A stretch of DNA of 64,000 nt, taken from Hormiphora californensis (lineage: Eukaryota > Animalia > Ctenophora). This document shows positions 23,587-36,556 of the stretch, piece after piece. How positions within the stretch are numbered: the first letter of the stretch is position 1; each line of letters begins with the position of its first letter. Made by a program: the position numbers and the translations under genes. Below the pieces are notes generated by a model. It worked only from the letters and a program-made list of their open reading frames with translations. It ran no database searches and was not told where the DNA came from. The stretch lies in NCBI GenBank assembly GCA_020137815.1, contig CM035361.1, forward strand, positions 744,001-808,000. The letters are read 5' to 3'.

Positions 23587-24142
23587 AACAAGAATTATTG
23601 CATTATGTGTTCATAATGCTGTGTTTCCCTGCCCTACCGTTTCACGTATCACTGCAAACAGGATCAAGGCTTGGTCATAATGTAATGTGAGATGCATACG
23701 AATACGATCTAGCTGTCAGTATACTTCTCACATAGCTTAGAGTTAGCTAACTCCCAATCACATGACACTTGCTAACCAGCTTTTGACATTCCAACTTAAC
23801 TACTTATCTAACATCTCACACTCGACTCGCAAGATGAAAATGTGTATGTAACACGCGAAACGCGCGGCAGAGCATTTCATGTTTTGTTGAGTGGCGCGCG
23901 CACACACGTCCATCAAACTGTATCAATGAGGTGTTTGATGAAGGAGTAGCTCGTCACTGTGCGCGCGGCTCTAGTTGCTACACCGTTGCCCCTCGCAACG
24001 AAAGTGTGACCAAAATGGTCCCTCTACCGATTAGTTAGTATACCAAAATGTCGTTTTCGAATTCTAACCCTGCTATGCCTTTTTACAAAGTAAAAAGGCA
24101 TCCGGGTGAATGCCTTCGGCATTCACCCGGGCAGGGAAAAAA
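23587..24142 (-). mobile_element. Helentron/DINE-1-like element (same family as 45821-46416; partial copies near 53333-53700 and 57300-57555)
   Basis: Same subterminal IRs, terminal stem-loop and double hairpin, in reverse orientation. Confidence 0.65.
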
Positions 24143-24611
24143 TGATGAGGTGGATCGAATGTTACGAATGAAAACACAAGTAAAGGTAGTTTTGTCAATT
24201 TTAATCATTGGTTTTCTGCAGCTATAGTGTGTGTAGCAGTTTCATTATAATCTACAACTCCATCTATCACAGTGAACTGTCGATAGATCTCATTTTCCGT
24301 AGCAAAGCAAAAACATAAGAAATTATTGACAACATGGCATTTAGAGACAACACAGCTAGGGCAACATATTATGTACATAACATAAAAGAAAGAAAGAAAG
24401 AGAAAGAAAAGGAGACAGACAGAAAGACAGAAAGGATGGGAGAGAATGAACATTTAGACGAGGATTTACCGTATGACATATACTCGCCTTGACCATGATA
24501 CATGTATGTGTGTGTTTAGCACAGTTTGATTACAGCCCACATCATAACCCCTGTAACCAGCTCCAGCAGCACACATTGTAAGTAACAACATTGTGCACAT
24601 GTCCCTATGTA

Positions 24612-24696
24612 CAGTAGGACCCCGATTTACTGGAACCCCGATTTACCGGGCAAAACCTTTTTTCCCCCAAACATCCGGTAAATCGGGGTCCGACTG
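24612..24696. mobile_element. ~80-bp Tc1/pogo-type MITE (other copies near 7105, 7615, 8531, 12346, 35190/35835, 42777, 56697, 60883)
   Basis: TA|CAGT(C/A)GGACCCCGATTTAC...GTAAATCGGGGTCCGACTG|TA. Confidence 0.8.
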
Positions 24697-25849
24697 TAAT
24701 ACTGTGAGCTGATATAGTTGGGAGATATACTAACCAAACTAAAACAGTTGTCAGTCAATTGAGTCACCAACAAATTATCGTAAAGCCGATATCGAAGTCC
24801 GAAACTGAAAACTGAGGCTCAGTAATATCAATAGCATTATACATGTTTGACGTCTAAAGAATTATCGTGATATCGTGATTGGTATAGACTGAACTACAGT
24901 ATCACTCTGCTCGAGGTGGCTTGTTTACTTTTGGACAAATTTGTTGCAGTTACATGGATGCACGCCTTTTGTGTATCAAAGGCCAAAGCTTCCTGAAATA
25001 CCAGCTATGCACTTCTAAGATTAACGAACCTGATTATCTTGAGCTGATTGGGTAAACAAATCTAGAGCTGATCTACAGCATGTTATTAACAAATTTAGAG
25101 CTTATACTGTTATGGTTCTATATGTGATGCTGTTGAGTTATTAAACATACTGTAGAATGTTATTAACTAAGAACTCACATCAAAGGGCTTGCGCGAAGTC
25201 AACTAGTAGAGATATTGGTGTGTGATATATCCCGCAATGCTATATCGTGAGACAACAAGTTACTGTGTTATAGAAGAATGTGATGATGTGAGAGAGATAC
25301 AGCTACAACTCAGGTAAATTCTACTACAATGGAATCTGCACACCAGCAGCATTGGATATATATCAGTTACCTACGCGTTACGTACATGGCATGATCTAGA
25401 ATATAGCAATTGAAAGTATAAAGCAAGAGAAAATTCAAGAATAAAGTTGGTACTTGGTGATGACATCACCTCTTACACTCTAAGGTCTCAGCCCGCTCCG
25501 TAGGGGTGAATGCGTCACAAAAGAATAATGCAGTAGTTGAGATAAAAGAAACCTCGGTAACTTTTAACCCAAAGTTATTTATCGAATCAAAAGACCAAAA
25601 GGACCAAGATGCTAGGTCATCCTAGCTAGGTCATACATCCATGTTTAATAAACATTGTTTAATGTTTATATACTCCAGGGAATATAACAGCTCTTGGGCC
25701 AAGATTGCAGGAACAGGTCATAACATATTATATAATAACACATTATATATTGCTGGTGGAGGATTGTAATAAAGATCTTGTAGCTATAATAGTGGGTGTA
25801 CCTATAACCCCCATCAGGAGCACCTTCTCAACCTTTCTATTACTGCCTT

Positions 25850-25947
<98 letters not shown>

Positions 25948-26611
25948 ATTATTCCCCCGGGTCCCTTATAAAGTTATATAGTCCCGCTACACAACAGTGG
26001 TATGCATTGCTGGGATTCAGTAAAAGAAGCACTCTCGAGTCTCGGTCTTCGAGAGGAAAGAAAGGGGGAAGAAGGGGAGAACTACAAGGACGAGGGAAAG
26101 AAGGGGGAAAGGAGAACTAGAAGGAAAGGAGAAGTAGCAGGAAAGGAGAACTAGAAGAAGGGGAGACCTAAAAGAAGGGGAGAACTAGAAGAAGGGAAGA
26201 ACTAAAAGGAAAGGAGAACTAAAAGAAGGAAAGGGGAACTCGAAGGAAAGGGGAACTAGCAGGAAAGGGGAGAACTCTGAGGTATCATTATAGCCAGGTA
26301 AACGATTGAAGCTTAGCAGTCAATTGTCCAGATGACGTAATAATTGCTAACAAATAATTCTAACGAAAATCCATTAAATCTGACTCCCAACGGCATTTAG
26401 CTTTAAAGCAGCTTCAGTGCAGGGAGAACTTAAAAATAGAAGAAATTATAATATTGAAAAAGAGAGACAGAGAGAAGAAAACTGATAGAAAAGAGATAGT
26501 TATAGGGGTATCGGTGTTATAGCATAGTGCAATTGTATAGTCCTTTCTTCCTCTCCTTTACTTTTTATTTATTTATCGTCCTCTCTCTTTCTTTCTCTCT
26601 CACTCTCTCTT

Positions 26612-26643
<32 letters not shown>

Positions 26644-26647
26644 TCTA

Positions 26648-26733
<86 letters not shown>

Positions 26734-27475
26734 TCCCCCTCTACTTCTCTATCATCTGTCTCTATTTCCAATTATTAGCGAAACACGTAGCTCTCTATCT
26801 TACAACTGGTGCCACTTTTTAATATAAAATGCGTGCAGATTACAGAACAAAAATAGTCCAACCTTACAAAAGCAACAAACACGCACTGCAGCTCTGAGGA
26901 GAAAACGCCAAAATATTTATAAATTATTAAATTATCGGTAACCCATTCAAGTGCAAAAAAGAACAAGCTTTTTACGGAGCTGTCCGAATTTTATAGGTTT
27001 CAGTGCAATATATTTTGTTGTAGAACATGTCATGGTCTGCATAAGGGTCGGTTACCGTGGTTACTTACAATTCATGCAACTCATAGAATCTATACAGTCT
27101 AGAGTTGTAGGTTGAGCTGGTTACCACTGCCTGAACAAGACCAGCTGCAAGATGAACAGATCTGTTCACAACACAATTGAGGTAGATTTGTAGGAGAGAA
27201 AGACTGATAGCAGAGCGAGATGATGAACCGAGAAATGAAAGAGAGAAACACGTAAAAAAAGAATTTGACATCAATATGGAGAAATGAAGAGAGATTGAGA
27301 TGGAGAGAGAAAAGGAGAGAAACATGAGAAATAAGAAGAGGAGCAGCTCTTGTGCACTGTCTCCAATTATATGGACGAGTAATTAGCTAGAATTGAGAGA
27401 GAATAGGCCATAGGGAGATAGAGAGAGCGAGCGAGCGAGCGAGAGAAAGAGAGAAGGGAGAGGGAGAAAGAGAGA

Positions 27476-27506
<31 letters not shown>

Positions 27507-27704
27507 GAGAAAGAGAGAAGAGAGAGAGAAAGAGAGAAGAGAGAGAGAGAGAGAACAAGGATCGCACTTCGGTTAGGAGAACAATCTCAGTCATAGGCGG
27601 AGCGAAAATGAGGATATACATATGCTATGATGGTTAATTAAATGATAATTACCAACGAACAAAAAGTAGAGATGCATCGAGGAACCAATTGACGGCATTT
27701 AAAT

Positions 27705-27910
27705 TTAACTGTTTGAACAGTACAGAACTCAATATAAATAATAATAAATTTTACTGTTTGAACAGTACAGAACTCAATATAAATAATAATAAATTTTACT
27801 GTTTGAACAGTACAGAACTCAATATAAATAATAATAAATTTTACTGTTTGAACAGTACAGAACTCAATATAAATAATAATAAATTTTACTGTTTGAACAG
27901 TACAGAACTC
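27705..27910. repeat. 45-bp minisatellite, about 4.5 copies
   Basis: TTACTGTTTGAACAGTACAGAACTCAATATAAATAATAATAAATT repeated. Confidence 0.9.
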
Positions 27911-28143
27911 GATTATAACGAGAGACACACAGTGTACGTGTGTTCATTACTCACATAAACCGATTGAGTCATAGGACCGAGAGGAAAATAGAGAAATGAT
28001 GTAGGAATACCGCACATTATAATAATGTATTGCGACTATAAATGGCAAACACTAATGCACAGATTTATACCAGTTATACTGCTATAATCGATGTATCACA
28101 TTATGCTCATTCCCTAGATATAATGTGGATATAATATGTTAGT

Positions 28144-28252
28144 CAGGAACCGACCGAAACAAGTAAACAACCAATCAGAACTCGTTATTTAGGTCACGTG
28201 ACTAGTTACCAGCCAATCAGGGACCAGTATTTCCTGATTCGGTCGGTTCCTG
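28144..28252 (+). mobile_element. 109-bp hAT-type MITE (reference copy)
   Basis: TIR CAGGAACCGACCGAA, perfect 8-bp TSD ATGTTAGT. Confidence 0.9.
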
Positions 28253-29028
28253 ATGTTAGTCATTACTCATACAGTCACACAAGTATTAGTTATGTATATA
28301 TCGATGCAAACAATAACCAATATCTATGGTACACTGGTACATCGACGCGAACAATCACTTATGGTACATCGACGCGAACAATCACTATGGTATGGTACAT
28401 ATTTTATTGCGACTAAATCAAATACAGCCATTTAAATCAAATCGATTTAAGCTGGAAACAGCATAATGAAGGCTTACACTAGTAGCACTAGGTTGATGCA
28501 TCATATATCTTGATGACTGTATCAACACGTTTATCCGTTATATGTTTACTATCGCAGTTGACACTGAAGTGCACACTCAACACGTGATATACTGATATGC
28601 AGCCCAATGGACTATAGTTCATTGCCTCATTGGGCTTCATTGGGCTGCACATCAGTATACTGACTATACTGACTATACAATCGTTAAACTCAGTATTAAC
28701 TGTCACATATATTGAAGATAGTTGTAGAAAGCTCCGGAATGATGCAAGAAGTGAGTCAGTGTGACGGCTGACATTGTTAAATCTAGAAAGCTTCAGAAGA
28801 GGGAAGTGAGGAAATCAGTGTGAAGTGAAACTAGGCTGATATGACGGTCCCTCCACATGAATCAGGTTAATACTAGGTTCTATACATGGGAAATAATATT
28901 AAAAGCCGGTGCAAAACGGTCAGTGCTGCAGCAGTGGGATATACCGTACGGAGCTGAACGAGCGTGTTGACATTTGCATTGTACGGTATGGCAAAAAGAG
29001 GCTGAGACAGAGTGAGAGAGAGAGAGAC

Positions 29029-29096
<68 letters not shown>

Positions 29097-29268
29097 GCCC
29101 ACAGTATTTAGCACAACAAGCTTATAAAATATATTCAACTCTCTCCTCGAAGACTATCCGGGGTTGTCAACAACAATCTTCATTACTAGCTGAGCTGTAT
29201 GAAGGACATGTAGTGCCGCATCTGTGCAGTGTGATACGAAACTGTTTCCAACTATATTTATCGTCCTA

Positions 29269-29372
<104 letters not shown>

Positions 29373-30268
29373 CCTTTATCTCTATCTCTCTCTCTCTCTA
29401 CCTCCCTTTCCACTCTCTTACTATTGTAACAAGTCTCCCATAATAGTCGACCAAGCAGCTTTTTTGCAACACTTTCTAACAAATGCAGGAAGGGAACATA
29501 TTATATATTCGTATTGCTGCTATAATATGAGTTGGCACACTATAAGCTGCTATTCTAAAATATATTTAGACGGAACTTTCAGGGAGTGTGCGATATGCGG
29601 AAGCCAAACGTCATAAAATGTTTTTTTAGGTTATTTTTCATTGGGTACAAAACCGAGCTCCGCGATCAAATATTGGTGACGCAGTCACACTCAACTACCA
29701 GCCGCGCGAAGCCACCAAGATCAAATATGCTCCATTTATGAAAAGACGTGTGTCACATTGTACGCAAAATAACTGTTCCTATTCGTCACAGTTCACTTTT
29801 TTGTGTTATTACAGCTACAGCTCGCTTCTCTCTCTCTATCTATCTCTCTCCCCCCTCTCTCTATTTTTCTCTCTCATAACGCAAAATAGAATTACAAGAC
29901 AAGTGCACTTTTTTGGCGACACAAGCTTTTCCCTTAAATACAGAGCAACAGCTCACACCACTGCTGCTGTCAACATAAAAAACACAAAAAAGCCGGAAAA
30001 AAGAAAGGAATAATAAAAGTTGAAATATTATGTGAAGTTTGTTGAGTAAAATGATGTATATAATGAAGGAACAAGTAATGATGGATGAGCGCTCAGTAAT
30101 GAAGCAGCCAAAAATCAGGTCAATATAATGACTTTCCCAACACGTTTTCATAAGAAAAGAAACGGTAAAACAGTTTTCAAACCATGTTCCATGATGTCCT
30201 GCAAAACATAACTGTGATTTGACTGAACTGTGGTCAGAGCATTGGCCTGACAATGACTGCAACTGAAG

Positions 30269-30377
30269 CAGGAACCGACCGAAACAAGTAAACAACCAAT
30301 CAGAACTCATTATTTAGGTCACGTGACTGGTTATCAGCCAATCAGGGACCAGTATTTCCTGATTCGGTCGGTTCCTG
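30269..30377 (+). mobile_element. 109-bp hAT MITE
   Basis: Full-length family match with TIRs. Confidence 0.88.
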
Positions 30378-30539
30378 AAGGAGTATTTGTAGGATAATAT
30401 CTTACAGTTACACACCATGCAATAACAAGTCATGAGTCTGTGTACTAAAGTGAGAATGTTTCAAGTAAAGTACAGCAACAATAATAGAAATCATCGTACA
30501 TATATTGAGCTCGTTATATATAAATATATAATCTACTAT

Positions 30540-30612
<73 letters not shown>

Positions 30613-30883
30613 TCTATTTCTCTCTTACTTTCCTTACTTATAAGTTCTAAGAATGTCTGAAGACAAAAGATCCCACTCATAATGTATACATACATCGCAA
30701 TCGGCTGCTGTGATCGAACTGAAGAGAAAGAGAGAGAGAGGAAAAAAAGAGAGGCAGAGTGAGAGAAAGAAAAAGAGGAAGAGTAAGAACGAGTGCCTGG
30801 AGATGTATTGGGGAGCTTCAACAATATATAGAGGAGTTAGAGGATGGTATGGTTGAGAGATTCAGAGAGCTCAGAATGGTGGG

Positions 30884-30989
<106 letters not shown>

Positions 30990-33900
30990 ATAGTTTAGAG
31001 AACAGTTATAAAGTGCTTGCAGATAAACATACTTTATGAGGGTCGGGTGTCTTAGTTGCATGCATTACGAAAGTGAGAGACATCTAAGATGATCGCAAAA
31101 GATAAATAAACAGTCACAGTCTTCTAGGGTGTCCTAACTTCCAAAGAATGGCAGGATATTATCCTCCTCAGGATAACAATTATTGGACATGTATAACACA
31201 TCAGAGAGGTAGTTTAGTTCTCCTTCCAGTTGTACAAACTAAACTTCCTCACTGATTATGCGGCTAATAAACAATCAACCGATCTTTATTCTCTCTATAA
31301 CATGCATAAAATACATGATTGCTTCGCCATCTAGCACAGATCATAACTGCAAATCCATTACTACTAACTCACCAAGTCGATGAGCTGGGGTACATGGTAC
31401 TGTAATGAAATCAATTACATAATGTACACTATCAGGCTCCATTGTGGATACCCCTGCATGTATCGGATCAGGTTTAGTGAGGGAAGCAATTATCTGAGAC
31501 TATAAAGAGCTGCATGTGTCAATTGTTAATGAACCGATGAGACAAAGACCAGGTGACTGGGGGAAAGATGAATTCAATTAATGATCACCAGCAGAATTCT
31601 GATGAGGAATGATTCTGATTACTAGACGGACATGACATGATGTGATACCTTAGAGGTAAAGAAATCAGAATCTGATGACCATAACCAGGGATGTAGGAAA
31701 TAGAAGGAAAAGCAAATTTGTAAGACAACATTTGACAGTTTGGATGGGATATCATGGTTAGCATACGCTGCAAGCTCCTCGGCCCTCGTTGTGGGGGTAC
31801 GACATGAGGGGACTGCAGTGTATTCCAAGTAGCAGAAAAAAATTGGCATCGAGAAAATTAAAACTACAATTCTAAGAATCAATCCAAGGCGTCCAATATA
31901 TACAGCAGAAAATAATTGTAGAAGTGCTTAATTCCACGCCCGTTTACTCTCCTGCTATCTTTTCTATCTATTTCCCCCACTATCAGTGCCTTTCTCTCTC
32001 CCTTTCTCTCTCCCTCCCTTTCTCTCCCTCTGTTTGTTTCCGTTGTGCAACATAGTTAACACCTGTTAGCTGCGGTTGTTGACAGCAAAACTTCTACATC
32101 GTGCATTTTTCATTCCACCCCTCTCTCTCTTTCTATCCCTCTCTATCCCTCTCTAACTCTATCTCTCTCTCTCTCTCTCTCTCTATCTCTTTCTCTCTCT
32201 CTCTCCCTCTCTCCTTCGTTCTCCCTCGCTCTCTCCCTCTCCCTCCCTCTCTCCCTCTCTCCCTCTCTCTCCCTCAATCTCGTTTCGTATCTTACCAACT
32301 ATAGGAACTACCATTCCACTTCCAAAAATGAAAACTTTTCAATTTGTTTCATGTTCCTAACTGGTTTAGGTTCCTAACAATTATACAATTCCTTGTTATG
32401 TTCTAATCCTCCTTTACATTTGGGCCGAACAAGGCAAAATATTCCCCGGGGCTAAAACCTCGTTGGACCCTGATCTCGCTCTCCACGCCCCATGCAAATA
32501 TGTAAAGGAGGATACCACATAACAAACATGTACCAACTATCACAAGAATGATTCAGCAATATAATATTAATAATAATATCAGCAGTGCAGCAATGTGCAA
32601 TAAATATATTCGAAGCTCCTATTCGATAATGCAAATGAGGATTATACACAAGGTGTTGATCCACCTACACATATAATATTATTAATCACCTCTCATATAA
32701 TATATATAATATATATAATATATAATGAGCATCAGACCACACATGATACTACGTGTGGATAGTACACAATATCTAATTAGTGTCAGATATTATGTTGTAT
32801 CACAACTGTCATGTACATACATTATATTATTCATGTTCTTCAGAAGTATATAATAAACATAAATCATAATTCTGCATAATTATGATCTATGTTTACAGCG
32901 GGATTTCGTGTGGCAATATTTGAGAACCAACTCTGAAATATTTCGGGGTTTTAATACCTTTTTATTCGGGGCGCTGATGGTTCGTTTACTAATCTTACTG
33001 CGGTTCTAATAAGCTACACATGCAAAGTAGTTTAATAATGTACATGGATAAGTAACGAATTGTTAAACTGCTGTCGAATATTTTACAAAAACAGAAGTGG
33101 CCAAAACTTGTTTTGTTCAAACTCTTTTATAACAGTCTAACTTGGCAAGCCAAAACAAAATTAAACTCTCCGGAACTGCTAAACGTAGACGCAGCTCTAT
33201 TTTATAACTGAAGTTATTCCGTGGGTAAATCAGTCATTAGCTAAGTCTAAATAAGTTGTCTTAGCACTTCTACTACTCATCTCTCCCTTTTTAGTAAAGT
33301 CCTTTTTCTACATACCCTGCTATGTAAAAAAGCCAAGACGGAGCCAAGACGGAGCCTGCACGATCTCATGACTCTCTAGTAGAGAAGTTGTAGAGATCTC
33401 TCTAGAGAGTCTCTACAACTTCTTTTTATTATTACCACAGAGGATGAAGGTGCGAGTCGACTCTTGATCAAGAAGGGTATAGCATCTTGAGCTATATCAT
33501 GACTTATCCCAGAAACCCAATCCGATGTTTTTATGTATGGTATTTTTCGATTTTGTTCTGCTTTCATTTTATTCCATATTTCAACTATCTCTATCTCTCT
33601 CTTCTTCTTTTTTCTCACTCTCTCTTTCTCTCTCTCTTTCTCTCTCTATCTGCTTCTTCTCTCTCTTTCTTTCACAGTGTGACGCTAAGGACTTCAAGTT
33701 CATGATGAATTATTAACGAGGGGAGGGGGCAAGAAAAAGCGTGTACATAGCATCCTTCAGATCTTCAAGGAACATGGAGAGCAAGAGCCAAGAAATGATC
33801 TAAGAAAAATAAATTCTAAAAAAAGTTGCTTGAAAACAACACTCAGTCAGTAAAGTGCTCCGGGAAAGGGGGTCGGGGTAAGGGTAAAAAAAGGAACATG

Positions 33901-34182
33901 TTTAAATGATTTAAAAGTTTTTGAAGTCATGCCCTTTTGCCGTATAATAAGATTGAGAATCAACAGATTACAGAAAACATGAAAAGTATTGATTAGCTTG
34001 ACCGCGGTGAAAAGTATGAACAATTCACAAGAAAAGTGTAAAAAAATAGTTAGAACATAGAGAGCGAGTCATAACTTATAAAGGTTTTTTTGGAGAGCGT
34101 TTAGGCACGAGGAACAGGCAAAGTGTGTGTGTACCGGCTAATGATGGATAAAGCACATGAGTGAGAGCAGCTTGGATCCTAA

Positions 34183-34282
<100 letters not shown>

Positions 34283-34799
34283 GGGAGAGAGAGAGAGAGA
34301 GGGAGAGAGAGGCAGAGGCAGAGAGATAGAGGGACGGAGAGACAGAGAGACGGAGAGAAAGAGAGAAAGAGAGACAGAGGGAGACATAGAGACAGAGGGA
34401 GACAGAGGGACAGAGAGACAGAGAAATTAGAATCAGTTTTGTGTACTGGTATAAGAATGGCTTATCAAACCTTCAGCTTCATTTAAACTGGGCTATTATT
34501 TTTCACTGCATGAGCTGGTATTCACCAAGTAAAGCAGAACCAGGTCAAAATGATGAGAAAGAAACGAAGAGAGTGAAAAGAGAGAAAGAAAGAAAGAGAG
34601 AGATAGACAGAGAGAGAATAAGAAAAGAGACAAGGTAGTGCTAACAATACATTAATCCCCGGTCATAAGTTGGAAACGACTATTTGACCAATCATATCAC
34701 ACCTTCACCGGATCACGTGTCAACTCACGTTCTCTCTCTCTATTCGATCTCGCTAGCTACTCTCGATCTCGCTCTCTCTCTCTCTATCTCGCTCTCTCT

Positions 34800-34895
<96 letters not shown>

Positions 34896-36078
34896 CCAGG
34901 TAATCATTTCTTGACAAACACACTCACATTTTGACCGGATCATGATTATTGGGCAATAGACATGGCTGAATAACTAGACCATCTCTTGTGTGAACCACAT
35001 GGATGACTAGACCATCTCTTGTGTGAACGACACGGATGACCTGATCAGTGGTATTGCAGTAGAACAGATCATCTGATCATAACCTTGGTTACGAAATCAC
35101 CCCTTTTATTGCATATATAATACAGAGGGGTAATTTCATTACCAAATCATAACCAGCTGGTGGAGAACTATAAAGAGCACGTACTGCTGCAGTCGGACCC
35201 CGATTTACCAAATAGCTTCCCCTACATACTCTTGGTTACGAAGTCACCCCTATTATTGCATATAGGGGTGACAATACCGCCTACCTAAAAATGAAAATTT
35301 ACAGGACCTTCTTATGAAAAGTTATCGAAAACTTGTCTAAAACCTATCTAAAACGTATGGTACTAGTTTGTATAGTAACCAGGACCTGCATTCTACAGAA
35401 AGTAACGACCGGTAGCGATTCCACCACATGTTTAACAACAGAGGTGTGTCGCATAACTCCTTATATGGGCATAAAATTCCAATCTTGTGGAATTTATTCT
35501 GACTCGAATATAGCTTAGTTATCAATGAATCCACCTCTAATACCTTTGGAATGGCATTTTGCACATTTCTGAAGCTTTTTGTAGCCAAATTCCAGCATCT
35601 TCATAGTTTTTCAAAAACAAAAACAGTGTTAATGGCCAAAATATCGAAAAATTCCGGTATGTAATGGTAGCTCAGATAATTTCCTCGGTATGTTCAAAAA
35701 ATTAGAACTTTCTGTTTTGTAGTTTGGACACAGGAATTTTTTTCCCGCCGTACAAGCGATATTATTACCCCTCCGTGAGCTAGCGCAGAGGGGGAATTTC
35801 ATTACCAATACATACTCAGGCTTCCGCCGAGGATCCTGGTAAATCGGGGTCGGACTGTAATTATACTCATAGTCGATTGTTGTATTAGAAGTGAACCAAA
35901 TAAGGGAATTCCAGGAACAGGCCGGAGAACATTGTTGTAGGAGATGGAGACAGGAACCCCCTTAAAATCCAGCATAGGGACCTACAGACGTTCAACTGGG
36001 AGGAGACACACTGAAGTTGAGATCTCAACCGCATGACACACACTGAACTTCGAAGTTTCGCAGAAATATGTATTTAAT

Positions 36079-36556
36079 CATTTTTGACTGAAGAATCATT
36101 TGCAAGAGGCTAATTTCTTCACTGGTACATCTTTCATCCATACTGAGTATGAGTTAATTTCACCGTACTAAATCCCACCTAATCCCATTCAAATCCAATC
36201 AAATAATGTTTATTTTTATTCATAGCGTGACAATATTACTAATTCTATTTGTTATGTTCTAACCCTCCCTTTACATTTGTAACCCGAAACACAGTCTAGC
36301 CAGGCAAAATTCTATATAACTGCCCATAAAAGCAGCGACCCCTCCATGAGAGGTTCTTTGATCTTTGATTGAATCCAACGCGATATTTTGTCATTGAGAG
36401 CGACATTTATCTTAACAGCGTCAAAATGGTGTGCGTGGTGTACTGACCTCAACTGTGACCAAATTAGCCAAAAATGCTAAAAATGGTGAAATTGACTCAA
36501 TATGAATAAAGGAAACCTTTAGCCTCTTGCAAATTTGATTTATCAGTCAAAAATGT
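36079..36556. mobile_element. Probable old MITE
   Basis: ~35-bp terminal inverted repeat CATTTTTGACTGA..TTTGCAAGAGGCTAA. Confidence 0.5.
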
